In this document: positions 41,049 to 56,884 of the stretch, piece by piece | Position numbering within the stretch: the stretch's first letter is position 1 | Layout: each line of letters starts with the position of its first letter | Assembly (NCBI GenBank): GCA_964016885.1 | Contig: OZ024742.1 | Location: 347,138,001 to 347,202,000, forward strand | Direction of reading: 5' to 3' | DNA: 64,000 bases | DNA from: Eledone cirrhosa | Taxonomy: Eukaryota | Translations under genes and position numbers: made by a program | The notes under the pieces: model-generated | The model's database searches: none | What the model was told of the DNA's origin: nothing | Seen by the model: the letters and a program-made list of their open reading frames with translations, nothing else

Positions 41049-41087
41049 TGAACAAGTACTTTCATGCTTTCGCAATCTTCAGGTTCA
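41049..41087 (-). ncRNA. Minimal type I hammerhead ribozyme in the PLE 3' pLTR
   Basis: Minus strand: TGAAC-CTGAAGA-t TGC gaaa GCA t-GAA-AGTACT-T-GTTCA. Stem I TGAAC/GTTCA, palindromic stem III AGTACT, cleavage triplet CUU. Confidence 0.85.
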
Positions 41088-41149
41088 TGATATGTGGTGA
41101 CAGTCGAGTTTGCAATTTTCAACTGTAATGAGATGGGTAAATTTACTAC

Positions 41150-41300
41150 CTTTTATACATTTTATACAGAGAAAAGTGGCTCCAGAATGCAAAGCCCTGT
41201 AAACTGTATTTCGACCAATCAGTGTGTAGTTTCACTGAATTACTACAGCTGATTGGTTTAAGAGTCACGGCTGGTTGAGCATGCTAACGACCAATAGTCA
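41150..41300 (-). promoter_or_regulatory. Putative pLTR promoter (CCAAT boxes + TATAAAAG)
   Basis: CCAAT motifs in both orientations (41215-41296). TATAAAAG on the minus strand at 41157-41150, about 60 nt upstream of the ribozyme. Confidence 0.4.
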
Positions 41301-41461
41301 TACCCAACGTATCAATTGTTTTGCTTTTTGAAATGATGAAAATAGCATTTTCTATTAATCATCACCATCAACATCACTTTTATTATTATTATTATTGTTG
41401 TTGTTGTTGTTGTTAGTGGTCGTGGTCATAGTGGTAGTAGAAGTAATACCCCTAGGCGTTA

Positions 41462-43774
41462 TTATTGTTCATTTAGCTTGGGTTTGAATTTATCAATAAA
41501 ATTCTTTTCTTTGATTTTTCTCTTGATTTCACTTGGGCTGTGTAATTTATAGAATGGGAATATTATAAATATTCCCTGACCACATGTTGCCAGGTGGCCG
41601 CTTAGGGGTATCTGACGGATATTTGGGTCTCTGATTTGTTGACGGTGTACCCGTGCACGTTCCGATAGTGCATTTCCAGTTTGACCGACATATAGTTCTT
41701 CACAATTCGGGCATTTAATGCAGTAAATTAGATTTCTGCTTTTGCAGTTCATATTTGCATTTGGGAATATTTTTCCAGTTTTTGTTTTCATATATTGACC
41801 GGCGTGTATGGATTGACATGTGCCGCGTCGATTATCATTGCATTTAGATACAGTGAATGATTGGTCTTTGTTGTTAAGGTCAAACTTTGCTTTTGTTAGT
41901 AATTGCTTCAAATTTTTTGGCTGTCTTTTACTAAGAGTCAAAGATCGATCTGTGATTAAGCCTTTTAATTCATTACTTTGAGCAATGATCGGTAGGTTTG
42001 CTTTGGCAGTGTTGAATATATTCTGGTGACATGGGTTGTGTGTCATTATAAATGGTATGACCAGTTCTTGGTTTCTTCTTCCTTGGGTTGTTCTAAGTTG
42101 TTGTATAGGTATTTTTATAGCCCGCTGTATGCCATTTTCTATAAGTAGAGATGGGTATTTTTGTTTGAGCAAAAATTCTCTTAGTTCTGTTAGGCGTTTG
42201 TACCTGGTATTCGTATCTTCTACAATGGTACAAATTCTTCTGGCTAGGCAGTATGGGATGTTGCGTTTTGTATGAGGTGGATGGCACGACTTAAAATTCA
42301 GATATTGATGGGTGTCTGTGTGTCTATAATATATATCCGTGGTAATGGTGGTGTCGTTTTTGATTATCATTATATCTAGGAATGGTAATTTGGTCCTACT
42401 CATCTCTTTTGTGAATTGGAGAGATGGGTGTAGGTTATTCAGGAGGATATTGAACTCATCCAGAGTATCTAGAGATTCTGTCCAGATGATGAAACAGTCG
42501 TCAAGGTATCTCTTCCAAGATTTTTCAATGTACTTTCTAAAGTCAGTACTATATTTTTCCTCTATTTCTTGGTAGAGTTGTTGTTCTAAGTATCCCATTA
42601 CAGAGTTCGCGTAAACGGGAGAAAACTTCGTTCCCATCGCTGTGCCTCTAATTTGGATGTAATTCTTTCCCTTGAAGAAGAAAGTGTTGTTTTCCAGAAT
42701 AAGTTTAACTGCGTCTAATATAAATGGCGCTGTGAATCTAATGGGAATCACCTCTCTATGTTTTTCCACCCAGTATTTAACCGCCTTTATTCCTAAATCA
42801 TGTGTAATGTTGGTGTAAAGGCTTACCACATCAAAACTGAGTAGAAGTGAATTCGTTTCCGTGGTTTTGGGAAGATGGGACAGGAAGTCGATATCATCCC
42901 GGATGAAACTGGGTATGTGAATACATAGTGGTTTCAAAATAATGTCAACAAAATTGCTTAGACGGTGAGTGGGGCATGTTGGACCAGCTATAATAGGTCT
43001 AAGTTTTAAGTCTTTTGGGTGTAATAATTTAATGTACTCACTGTTTTGTTCTCTTACTGCCAGTTGTATTTCTTTTGACTTGTGAACTTTTGGTAGGCCA
43101 TACAGGTTGCTGGGTTTTGGCTCAAAATTGGTGATGTAGTCTCTTTCCTTATCAGTAAATGAGTTGTGGTATTTTGAAGCCAGGTTGTTGATCTTCTTCA
43201 TGATGTTGTGGTCTATATTTGACGGTATTTCATGATAGAATGTTGTGTCTTTCAGTTGTTCCTCAACCAAATCCTTGTAGTATTCAGCAGCCATTATAAC
43301 AACTGCACCCCCTTTATCTGCTTGTTTAATTATTATTGTTTTATCATTTTGTATACGTTTAAGTGCAGACATTTATGATTTGTTAATGTTTGGCCTAACA
43401 TTAGTATTATGTCTAAGAGGAAATTTAGACAGGATGTCAATGTATTGGTCGAGATAAATATTTCTTCCTTTTGGCGGAGTGAAATTTGATTTATTCTTTA
43501 CTAGTGATTCATCACTCTCATTATTTTTATCAGCGAAGAATTCTACAAGACGTAATTTTCGACAGAATTCTTGGGTATCCTCCTTCAGTTCTTGGTGGTT
43601 GACTGTTGGAGTCGGTGTGAATTTCAGTCCTTTTGACAGAATTTGCATTTCATCATTGTCAAGATCTCTTTTAGATAAATTAATTATTTTAGGATCTACG
43701 TGTACAGCTGTTTTGGGTATGTTTCCTCCTGGAGTTTTTCTTTTTCCGGTTTTTGTTGTCCTGACGTTAAAAAA
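41462..43774 (-). pseudogene. PLE reverse transcriptase-GIY-YIG endonuclease frame with one in-frame TAA at 43373-43375
   Basis: Motifs IINLSK...ILSKGLKFTPTP, IKQADKGGAVVIM, YGLPKVHK, LRPIIAG, SFDVVSLYTNI, GTAMGTKFSPVYAN, RYLDDCFIIW, LPFLDI, SCHPPHTKRNIPY, NLIYCIKCPNC-LYVGQT...R...H. ORFs 43373-43648 and 41462-43372 share a frame and are separated only by TCA TAA ATG. The linker reads C-NDNR-R-GTC, probably a C-to-R mutation. Confidence 0.9.
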
Positions 43775-44349
43775 TGAATTTTTCTCTGTTCAGGATTTAT
43801 ATTCCTGTTGGTGTTCGCTTGATGAACTTTTGGTCGTGATATTATATTTGGTTTCGTTATGTATTTTGTCCTATTTTTGGTATTCTGTATATTATTTTTC
43901 TTCCTGTTAGCATTATTTTTAACAATCTGGGAAAATGACCTAGGTTTGCTTTCAGGTTTAGATCGTTTTTTCGTCCAGTTTCTTGTGGGCAATCTCTGTT
44001 GAGATCTTGAGAGTGATCTGGTTATTCTACGTTTTGTTTCCACATTCCTTGTTGGTAGTCTCTGTTGAGATCTTGAGAATGATCTCCTGGTTTTACTACT
44101 TCTCATGGTCTGGTCAAAGGAATACCTATCGTGTTTGTGCTTTTTGTTCATGTTGTGTGCGATAGGGTGTTTTTGTAGAAAAAGCGAAGAGTTATTACCG
44201 TAGTTCTTCTTTGATTCAAGGTAAGGTGAGTGTTTGTGTTGGCACGTGTTCTGGCGTATGTTGTGTTGATGAGATTGTCCACTTTTAATGCTTTTTCTCA
44301 GGGTTCCAGAGTCTTTACCGTAATTTGCAGCATATTCATCGAGAAATAA
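43696..44349 (-). CDS. PLE upstream basic (K/R/S/N-rich) ORF, 5'-truncated
   Basis: The ORF-track 151-aa ORF stays open upstream of its ATG to the (TA)n junction ([20 protein letters not shown]...). Contains a duplicated [11 protein letters not shown] unit and overlaps the RT frame by about 30 codons. Confidence 0.6.
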   Translation of the reverse strand, partial: LFLDEYAANYGKDSGTLRKSIKSGQSHQHNIRQNTCQHKHSPYLESKKNYGNNSSLFLQKHPIAHNMNKKHKHDRYSFDQTMRSSKTRRSFSRSQQRLPTRNVETKRRITRSLSRSQQRLPTRNWTKKRSKPESKPRSFSQIVKNNANRKKNNIQNTKNRTKYITKPNIISRPKVHQANTNRNINPEQRKIHFLTSGQQKPEKEKLQEETYPKQLYT

Positions 44350-44353
44350 TTGT

Positions 44354-47297
<2,944 letters not shown>

Positions 47298-47472
47298 AAA
47301 TGTAAATGAGGTTGGTGTTAGGAATGGCATCCAGCTGTAGAAATCAAGCCAGATCAGTTCCTGTATGAGCAAGGCATGGTCAGCCGACCAGACACTGCCC
47401 ACAACAGGACAACCCGTCTAACCCATGCTAGCGTGGAAGAACGGACGTAAAACGGTGATGATGATGATGATG

Positions 47473-47586
<114 letters not shown>

Positions 47587-48069
47587 TATATATACAGTGT
47601 TTGACAAAAATGGACTTTTGAATTATAGATACAGTGAAGGAGACATGCTACTTAACAGTTTCTGTTGACCAGAGGCAATGTTAAATGAGACTTGCTGAAG
47701 ATGTCATGCAGTGGGATAGAACCAAGGATCTAATGATAGTAAATGGAACTCCTTAAACATTTCACAGAGTTGTGTCCACATTAGTGATGTAGTGTTTCTC
47801 ATCTGGACATGTGATAATGTGGAGCAGTGACACTACATCATCTGGAAGCTTTGACAATCAACAACTAAACAACCATCTGGTTATTAACTAACCGACTGGC
47901 AGTTTATAGTAAATTGAAGTGAAAATCAACAGGTGCATGTGTTTTTATAGACAGCATGACTCTACCAGAGGATAACAATATCTCTTTCAACACACGTTTT
48001 CTGATAAGAAATCCTGCAAAACAAATACAAAAACGAAGTCTATATATAATCTATATATATTTATATATA

Positions 48070-48147
48070 CAGGGTATCTTAAAAAATGTATACACACTTC
48101 AACAGCAGATAACTCAAATGTGTATATATTTTTAGGGGACACCCTGT
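48070..48147. mobile_element. Tiny Tc1/mariner-like MITE
   Basis: TA-CAGGGTATCTTAAAAAATGTATACACA...TGTGTATATATTTTTAGGGGACACCCTG-TA. Confidence 0.6.
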
Positions 48148-48424
48148 ATATAAAACCTAACAGAGCCCATTACTCTCCCGGTTTAAACAGTCAATTTCTT
48201 TCTGAGAAAAGAATGATGGAGAAAAAGTGAGAAAAAGATATAGAGCAAGAATCGACCCAGTGGTATTTTTTCTAATCTACCTTGAAAGGATGAATGGCAA
48301 AGTTGACCTGGGTGGTACCTGAACTCAGATAACAGCATTTTATCTGAGGTTCTAATGACTCTGCCAATTAGCTGCCTATGATATACATATATACATATAT
48401 ATATACATATATATATATATACAT

Positions 48425-49430
48425 ATATACATATATAAAGTTGTAGTTCCTGTCCGTTTGTTTGTTTGTTTGTTCACAAACTCCTCCTTTGGTTTTCGAA
48501 ATAGACCCCCATAACCATATATATTCTGAAACTACATTGTCCAGGGTACTTGGATAAGTATATTTCATTTTAATCAAAGGGTTCCCTGACGGTACAAACC
48601 CTCAATGAAAACCCCCCGCTGAAAGTTTTTTCCCCTTGATTTATATGAAATTTAAACCATATGTAAATGACAAGATATGATGCCTACTCACAAGATTTCA
48701 GCAAATTTCAATAATATTAAGACACCCTAATGGATGAAAATTTTGGCCAATAAATGGAACAAGATGTATTGTAACAAGAATATATATAAAGTTGTAGTTC
48801 CTGTCTGTCTGTTTGTTTGTTTGTTCACGAACTCCTCCTATGGTGTTGGAGATAGACCCCCATAACCATATATATTCTGAAAGTACATTGTCCAGGGTAC
48901 TTGGATAAGTATATTTCATTTTAATCAAAGGGTTCCTGGGGGCACAAACCCTGCTGAAAAGTTTCCCCTTCGATTTATATGAAATTTAAACCGGTTTGGG
49001 AGATAGACCCCCATTACCATATATATTCTGAAACTATATTGCCCAGAGTACTTGGATAAGAATATTTCATTTTAATCAAAGTGTTCCCCGGGGGCACAAA
49101 CCCCCACAGAAAATATTTTCCCTTCGATTTATATGAAATTTAAACCATAGGTAAATGACAAGATTTGATATTTTGAAAAAAATTATTTACAAGAAACAAA
49201 ATAAGAATAAGATTTAATAATGTAATTTTGATTTTATATGTTACAAAAAATAATTGTTTTTACTTTAGGCACAAGGCCAGCAATTACCCAGTGCATTACT
49301 GATACTTTATTTTATCGACCCTGTAAGGATGAAAAGCAAAGTCAACCTCGGTGGGATTTGAACTCAGATCGTAAAGGGACGTAACTATGGTGGAAAGCAT
49401 GGCGTCCGACTCTCTACTGATACTGCCAAT
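48425..49430 (+). mobile_element. Three tandem partial copies of the same Helitron-like element
   Basis: Repeated block gagatagacccccataaccatatatattctgaaactacattg...ttaatcaaagggttcc, matching 20146-20700. Confidence 0.7.
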
Positions 49431-49439
49431 CTATCTATC

Positions 49440-50287
49440 TTGATTGTCTGTCTGGACACATGTGCTGAGCTCGCTCGGTAAGTTTCGTTTAAATTTATCT
49501 GGAAATTGTGAACTGTAAACTTTCATTTTTGTACCATTTTGTAGAGGGACTGCCAGGTCAAATTTTGATCTGGTCAGTCTCTCAAAATATTCTACGCCTT
49601 GAGGCGAAATAGTGTTGTAAACATTTTATCTTTCGAAAAATTTCGAAAAATCCTATTTGATAAAAATGGCTGAAGCATCTTCACCAACAATCAAAGAAAG
49701 AAAAGGGAAGTCATACTCACAGCTTCCCCCTGCCACTGTCACAGCAGCAGATGCCAAAGGCAGAGGTCAGCCAGAGGAAGAATTTTCTTCACCTGTTGAC
49801 CGACAACTTGATGTAGCCACAACTATACAAGAAACTGAAAACAACAACAACAACGACAACAACAGCAACAATAAAGACAACAAAAACAACAACAACACAA
49901 ACGTCACAAGTATCCACACACCAAACGAGAAAGACAACAACAACAAAGATGAAAACAACTCAAACGACGAGAAACAAAACAATACAAACACCAACAACGA
50001 AAACAAAATATCTTTTGCACAAACGGTTAAATTATCAGTCACTTATGTGCTTGAAGATATTTCAAAAGCAAAAGAAATGCTGAAAAAAGCCAAAAAATAT
50101 GTATCTTTTGGCGAAAACGGTTCGTTTTCTATAAATTCACCTCCAGAACTAAAAAAAACAGACGGAATTACGAACTGTCGTATTCCGTACAATTTTAAAT
50201 AAAACAAAAAAACCAGCACAACCATCTCAAGCTGAAATTCTATTAGTACTGAAAGAAGCGATGAAAGACATCACTTTCATACAATTG
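49440..50287 (+). mobile_element. Probable 5' fragment (UTR + disrupted ORF1) of a non-LTR retrotransposon
   Basis: MAEASSPTIKERKGK...Asn-rich...ISFAQTVK resembles the SYA/SFA motif of L1/Tx1 ORF1. Continues after a frameshift as PSQAEILLVLKEAMKDITFIQL. Intronless and lying among repeats. Confidence 0.45.
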
Positions 50288-50316
50288 TTTCACCTTAGCG
50301 GATCCTCAGCTCGTAC
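50280..50316 (-). ncRNA. Hammerhead core lacking the 3' strand of stem I
   Basis: gtacgag-CTGAGGA-t CC gctaa GG t-GAA-ACAATTGT-A. Palindromic stem III and GUA triplet. The sequence after GUA does not pair with gtacgag. Confidence 0.7.
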
Positions 50317-50777
50317 TGATCATGGTTATACGGAACAGGAAGAACAACCGTATGAACGTGCATGCGCAGAAACGGTCACTTCACCCAAGCGATACAAAGC
50401 CATAGACGAAAGGTGTAAGAGAGATAATTGCGAAAGTCTGGAAAGGTATTTGAGTTGATTAGAAAATTAGAATGTTGTTGTTATTCAATCCAGAGCCTTG
50501 TAGTTATGCAAGAGGTGTTTCCAGACATGTGGACAACGTGAGAAGATTTCATTTCTTAAATTTAGGCAATCGCTATTGCGTAATCTCCTTAGAATATTTA
50601 TCCTTTCTTCAATACACAGTCCACAAGACGGATTGCCTCTTGCGTTTGCTTGGACTTAGTGATGGCTTTCCATTGAATGGAGTAGTCTATACCTGAGTCC
50701 TTGAGGGACCATATGTGGCTCGCGAGTTTCGTGGATGATCGGTTGTCCAGGTACCTAAAGGTCGACTGATGGTTATA

Positions 50778-50778
<1 letters not shown>
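50280..50778 (-). mobile_element. 3' fragment of a second Penelope-like element (GIY-YIG C-terminus + pLTR)
   Basis: RYNHQSTFRYLDNRSSTKLASHIWSLKDSGIDYSIQWKAI, then after a frameshift CGLCIEERINIL...LNLRNEIFSRCPH, typical of the Penelope/Poseidon-type endonuclease tail. The 5' end abuts (TA)n and the 3' end carries a hammerhead core. Confidence 0.8.
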
Positions 50779-50819
<41 letters not shown>

Positions 50820-50886
50820 TAGACAGACAGACAGACAGATATATATATATAGGTAGACAGACAGACAGACAGGCAGATAGACAGAC

Positions 50887-50918
<32 letters not shown>

Positions 50919-50989
50919 CAGACAGACAGACAGACAGATAGAAACACAAGTGTCAAGAAAAAATAACCAACACATTATAAGTTTGATAG

Positions 50990-51045
50990 AAAGAGAGAGA
51001 TCTACATACCGGAGAGAGAGAGAGAGAGAGAGAGATCTACATACA

Positions 51046-51110
<65 letters not shown>

Positions 51111-51191
51111 ATATTCAGCACACAGAGAGAGATCCACATACAGGAGAGAGAGAGATCCACATACAGGAGAAAGAGAGAGAGATCCACATAC

Positions 51192-51258
<67 letters not shown>

Positions 51259-54200
51259 ACATACAGGAGAAAGAGAGGGAGATCCACATACAGGAGAGAG
51301 AGGAGTGAGAGAGAGATCCACATACAGGAGAGAGAGATCCACATACAGGAGAAAGAGAGAGAGATCCACATACAGGAGAGAGAGAGAGTGAGAGAGAGAT
51401 CCACATACAGGAGAGAGAGAGGGAGATCCACATACAGGAGAGAGAGAGAGTGAGAGAGAGATCCACATACAGGAGGAGAGAGATCCACATACAGGAGAGA
51501 GAGATCCACATACAGGAGAAAGAGAGAGAGATCCACATACAGGAGAGAGAGAGAGTGAGAGAGAGATCCACATACAGGAGAGAGAGAGAGATATCCACAT
51601 ACAGGAGAGAGAGAGAGAGAGAAAGAGAGAGATCCACATTCAGGAGAGAGAGAGAGAGATCCACATACAGGTGAGAGAGAGAGTGTGTGAGAGAGAGGTC
51701 CACACACAGGAGAGGAGAGACCTATATACAAGACTTATATACAAGAGAGAAAAGAGAGAAACAACGAGAGAGATCTATATACAGGGGGGAGAGACGTATA
51801 TACAAGACAAAGATCTATATACAAGAGAGAAAAGGGAGAAAGAATGAGAGAGATCTATATACAGGGGGGAGAGACGTATATACAAGACAGAGATCTATAT
51901 ACAAGAGAGAAAAGGGAGAAAGAATGAGAGAGATCTATATACAGGGGGGAGAGACGTATATACAAGACAAAGGATCTATATACAAGAGAGAAAAGGGAGA
52001 AAGAATGAGAGAGATCTATATACAGGGGGGAGAGACGTATATACAAGACAAAGATCTATATACAAGAGAGAAAAGGGAGAAGAATGAGAGAGATCTATAT
52101 ACAGGGGGGGGGAGACCTATATACAAGACAAAGATCTATATACAAGAGAGAAAAGGGAGAAAGAATGAGAGAGATCTATATACATGGGGGAGAGACGTAT
52201 ATACAAGGCAGAGACCCATATACAAGAGAGAAAAGGGAGAAAGAATGAGAGAGATCTATATACAGGGGGGAGAGACCTATATACAAGACAAAGATCTATA
52301 TACAAGAGAGAAAAGGGAGAAAGAATGAGAGAGATCTATATACAGGGGGGGAGACCTATATACAAGACAAAGATCTATATACAAGAGAGAAAAGGGAGAA
52401 AGAATGAGAGAGATCTATATACATGGGGGAGAGACGTATATACAAGGCAGAGACCCATATACAAGAGAGAAAAGGGGGAAAGAATGAGAGAGATCTATAT
52501 ACAGGGGGAGAGACGTATATACAAGACAAAGATCTATATACAGAGAGAAAAGGGAGAAAGAATGAGAGAGATCTATATACAGGGGGGGGGGAGACCTATA
52601 TACAAGACAAAGATCTATATACAAGAGAGAAAAGGGAGAAAGAATGAGAGAGATCTATATACAGGGGGGGGGAGACCTATATACAAGACAAGATCTATAT
52701 ACAAGAGAGAAAAGGGAGAAAGAATGAGAGAGATCTATATACAGGGGGGAGAGACGTATATACAAGACAGAGATCTATATACAAGAGAGAAAAGGAGAAA
52801 GAATGAGAGAGATCTATATACAGGGGGGAGAGACGTATATACAAGACAAAGATCTATATACAAGAGAGAAAAGGGAGAAAGAATGAGAGAGATCTATATA
52901 CAGGGGGAGAGACGTATATACAAGACAAAGATCTATATACAAGAGAGAAAAGGGAGAAAGAATGAGAGAGATCTATATACAGGGGGGGGGAGACCTATAT
53001 ACAAGACAAAGATCTATATACAAGAGAGAAAAGGGAGAAAGAATGAGAGAGATCTATATACATGGGGGAGAGACGTATATACAAGGCAGAGACCCATATA
53101 CAAGAGAGAAAAGGGAGAAAGAATGAGAGAGATCTATATACAGGGGGGAGAGACCTATATACAAGACAAAGATCTATATACAAGAGAGAAAAGGGAGAAA
53201 GAATGAGAGAGATCTATATACAGGGGGGGAGACCTATATACAAGACAAAGATCTATATACAAGAGAGAAAAGGGAGAAAGAATGAGAGAGATCTATATAC
53301 AGGGGGGGAGACCTATATACAAGACAAAGATCTATATACAAGAGAGAAAAGGGAGAAAGAATGAGAGAGATCTATATACATGGGGGAGAGACGTATATAC
53401 AAGGCAGAGACCCATATACAAGAGAGAAAAGGGAGAAAGAATGAGAGAGATCTATATACAGGAGGGAGAGACCTATATACAAGACAAAGATCTATATACA
53501 AGAGAGAAAAGGGAGAAAGAATGAGAGAGATCTATATACAGGGGGGGGGAGACCTATATACAAGACAAAGATCTATATACAAGAGAGAAAAGGGAGAAAG
53601 AATGAGAGAGATCTATATACAGGGGGGAGAGACCTATATACAAGACAGAGATCTATATACAAGAGAGAAAAGGAAGAAAGAATGAGAGAGATCTATATAC
53701 AGAGGGGAGAGACGTATATACAAGGCAGAGACCTATATACAAGAGGGGAAAAGGAAGAAAGAATGAGAGAGATCTATATACATGGGGGGGAGACGTATAT
53801 ACGAGACAAAGATCTATATACAAGAGAGAAAAGGGAGAAAGAATGAGAGAGATCTATATACAGGGGGCGGGAGACATATATACAAGACAAAGATCTATAT
53901 ACAAGAGAGAAAAGGGAGAAAGAATGAGAGAGATCTATATACATAGGGGGAGACGTATATACAAGGCAGAGACCTAAATACAAGAGAGAAAAGGGAGAAA
54001 GAATGAGAGAGATCTATATACAGGGGGGAGAGACGTATATACAAGGCAGAGACCTATATAGAAGAGAGAAAAGGAAGAAAGAATGAGAGAGATCTATATA
54101 CAGGGGGGAAAGACCTATATGCAAGACAGAGATCTATATACAAGAGAGAAAAGGAAGAAAGAATGAGTGAGATCTATATACAGAGGGGAGAGACGTATAT

Positions 54201-54622
54201 ACAAGGCAGAGACCTATATACAAGAGAGAAAAGGAAGAAAGAATGAGAGAGATCTATATACAGGGGGGAGAGACCTATATACAAGACAGAGATCAATATA
54301 CAAGAGAGAAAAGGAAGAAAGAATGAGAGAGATCTATATACAGAGGGGAGAGACGTATATACAAGGCAGAGACCTATATACAAGAGAGAAAAGGAAGAAA
54401 GAATGAGAGAGATCTATATACAGGGGGGAGAGACCTATATACAAGACAGAGATCTATATACAAGAGAGAAAAGGAAGAAAGAATGAGAGAGATCTATATA
54501 CAGAGGGGAGAGACGTATATACAAGACAGAGATCTATATACAAGAGAGAAAAGGAAGAAAGAATGAGAGAGATCTATATACAGAGGGGAGAGACGTATAT
54601 ACAAGGCAGAGAACTATATACG
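50990..54622. repeat. GA-rich minisatellite grading into an ~80-bp satellite
   Basis: (GA)n-GATCCACATACAG units to about 51715, then agatctatatacaggggggagagacgtatatacaagacaaagatctatatacaagagagaaaagggagaaagaatgagag units. Confidence 0.95.
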
Positions 54623-54654
54623 AGATTTATATATTTATTTTATTAGAGAAATTA

Positions 54655-54705
54655 CTTCTACGTGACTAAACAGTTTCATTCGTAAGAAATCATCAGGATG
54701 ATAGA
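54655..54705 (-). ncRNA. Degenerate hammerhead
   Basis: CTGATGA-t TTC ttac GAA t-GAA-ACT gttt AGT-C. GUC triplet, poor stem I, followed by AATAAA. Confidence 0.55.
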
Positions 54706-55049
54706 CACATATATGTATACACACGGGGTAGATAAAATAAAGTACCAGTAATGCACTGGGTAATTGCTGGCCTTGTGCCTATAGTAGAAACAATTATATT
54801 TATATATATATACACATACACAAGAGAAGGAGAGAGAGAGGGTGATTTATATACAAGGCTACCTTGCCATTGACATCTTAACAACAGCAATAGCACGTGA
54901 CAGCGAAGAGAGCCGAGCATTAGTGGCTATCTCTTGCTAGAAATAACAGCTATATCTCACTCACTCTTCCCCACACAACTGTCATTTAAAGGTTTGTGAT
55001 ATATCTCGACTTGTTAGAAATAGCAGCTAGATCTCACTCCCCTAAACTA

Positions 55050-55840
55050 CTGTACAACTACAGCAACAATAACACTATAACAGTAACAACAACAGCACTG
55101 TAACACTAACAGCAGCAACAACCACAACAACAACAATAACTCCAACAACGGTAACAACAACAACACCAACAACTGCAACAACAACAATAACAGCACTAAC
55201 AACAACACCAACAACCACAACAACAACAACCACAACAACACTAATAACAACAACAATAACACTAACAACAACAATAACACTAACAACAGTAACAGTAAAA
55301 ACAATAACAACAGTAACAACAATAACAACAGTAACAACAATAACAACAGTAATAACAATAACAACAGTAAAAACAGTAATAACAATAACAACAATAACAA
55401 CAACGGTAACAACAATAACAACAATAACAACAGTAACAACAATAACAACAATAACAACAACGGTAACAACAATAACAACAATAACAACAGTAACAACAAC
55501 AACAGTAACAACAACAGTAACAACAGTAACAACACTAACAACAGTAACAATAACAACAACAGTAACAACAACAGTAACAATAACAACAGTAACAACAACA
55601 ACAGTAACAACAACGACAGTAACAACAGTAACAACAGTAACAACACTAACAACAGTAACAATAACAACAACAGTAACAACAACAACAGTAACAACAACGA
55701 CAGTAACAACAGTAACAACAGTAACAACACTAACAACAGTAACAATAACAACAACAGTAACAACAACGACAGTAACAACAGTAACAACAGTAATAACAAT
55801 AACAACAACAACGACAGTAATGACAGTAACAACAACAATC
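55050..55840. repeat. (AAC/AGT/AAT)n array
   Basis: Direct inspection. Confidence 0.95.
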
Positions 55841-55986
55841 ACCATGTTCCCTAGATTCAACGTGAATATAAACACCTCTGGTGACCGCCGTCACTCCACT
55901 AATCCAATGGAAAACATGGAGAGTGTATATACACAGAACTATGTGTATAATATATAGTATTGTTCTAGTGTGTCTCTCTCTCTCTC

Positions 55987-56023
<37 letters not shown>

Positions 56024-56513
56024 AGAGAGAGAGAGAGAGAGAGAGAGCGGAAGAGACACACTAGAGCACTATACATACATATAACATACTTATGTGTGTA
56101 TACACAGAAGTATGTACACACATATATATCTATATAGTATTGTTCTAGTGTGTCTCTCTCTCTCTCTGTATATATATATATTTCATTTATACAGCTCCAA
56201 CCGGGATTGATATATATATATAGAGAGAGAGAGGGAGAGAGAGAGAACGGAAGAGAGACACACTAGAACAATACTACATACATATATACATACTTATGTG
56301 TTCATACATACAGAAGTATGTTATATATGTATGTATAGACACATATGTGTATATAGTATTGTTCTAGTGTGTGTCTCTCTCTCTCACTCTTAATGTATAT
56401 AGTATATATATATACGTGTGTGTGTGTTCCACCTTAAAGTATATTTTCCTGAATATTATTTGCTTTATATATATATACAAAATAATGTTTCCCCCCTGTC
56501 TCTCTCTCTCTCT

Positions 56514-56572
<59 letters not shown>

Positions 56573-56831
56573 TATGTGTGTGTATATATACATATATATA
56601 TATGTGTATGTGTGTGTATATACATACATATATATATATACATATATATGTGTGTATTACATACATATACATATATATACGTTAACTATTTTTCCATTTT
56701 GACGCTATAGTCACTTATATATTATGGAATACTGTTAGCTTCTTGCTACAATAATCTCTATACTTTTCATTTAAATACATATATATATATGTGTGTGTGT
56801 GTATATATACATATATATATATGTGTGTGTG

Positions 56832-56884
<53 letters not shown>

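Larger units (their letters stand above)
40876..44350 (-). mobile_element. Penelope-like retroelement (Neptune/Naiad-like), 5'-truncated
   Basis: RT and GIY-YIG ORF, an upstream basic ORF, and a 3' region with a hammerhead ribozyme. Ends in a short terminal inversion around (TA)n at 40876-40960. The 5' end abuts a giant (TA)n array. The element starts where a SINE copy (40590-40875) is cut off. Confidence 0.92.

Noticed and set aside
43373-43375. Possible selenocysteine readthrough as reported for Naiad PLEs
   Set aside because: The stop is TAA, not TGA, at a position where Glu is expected (NKS-E-MSAL). It is most likely a GAA>TAA mutation.
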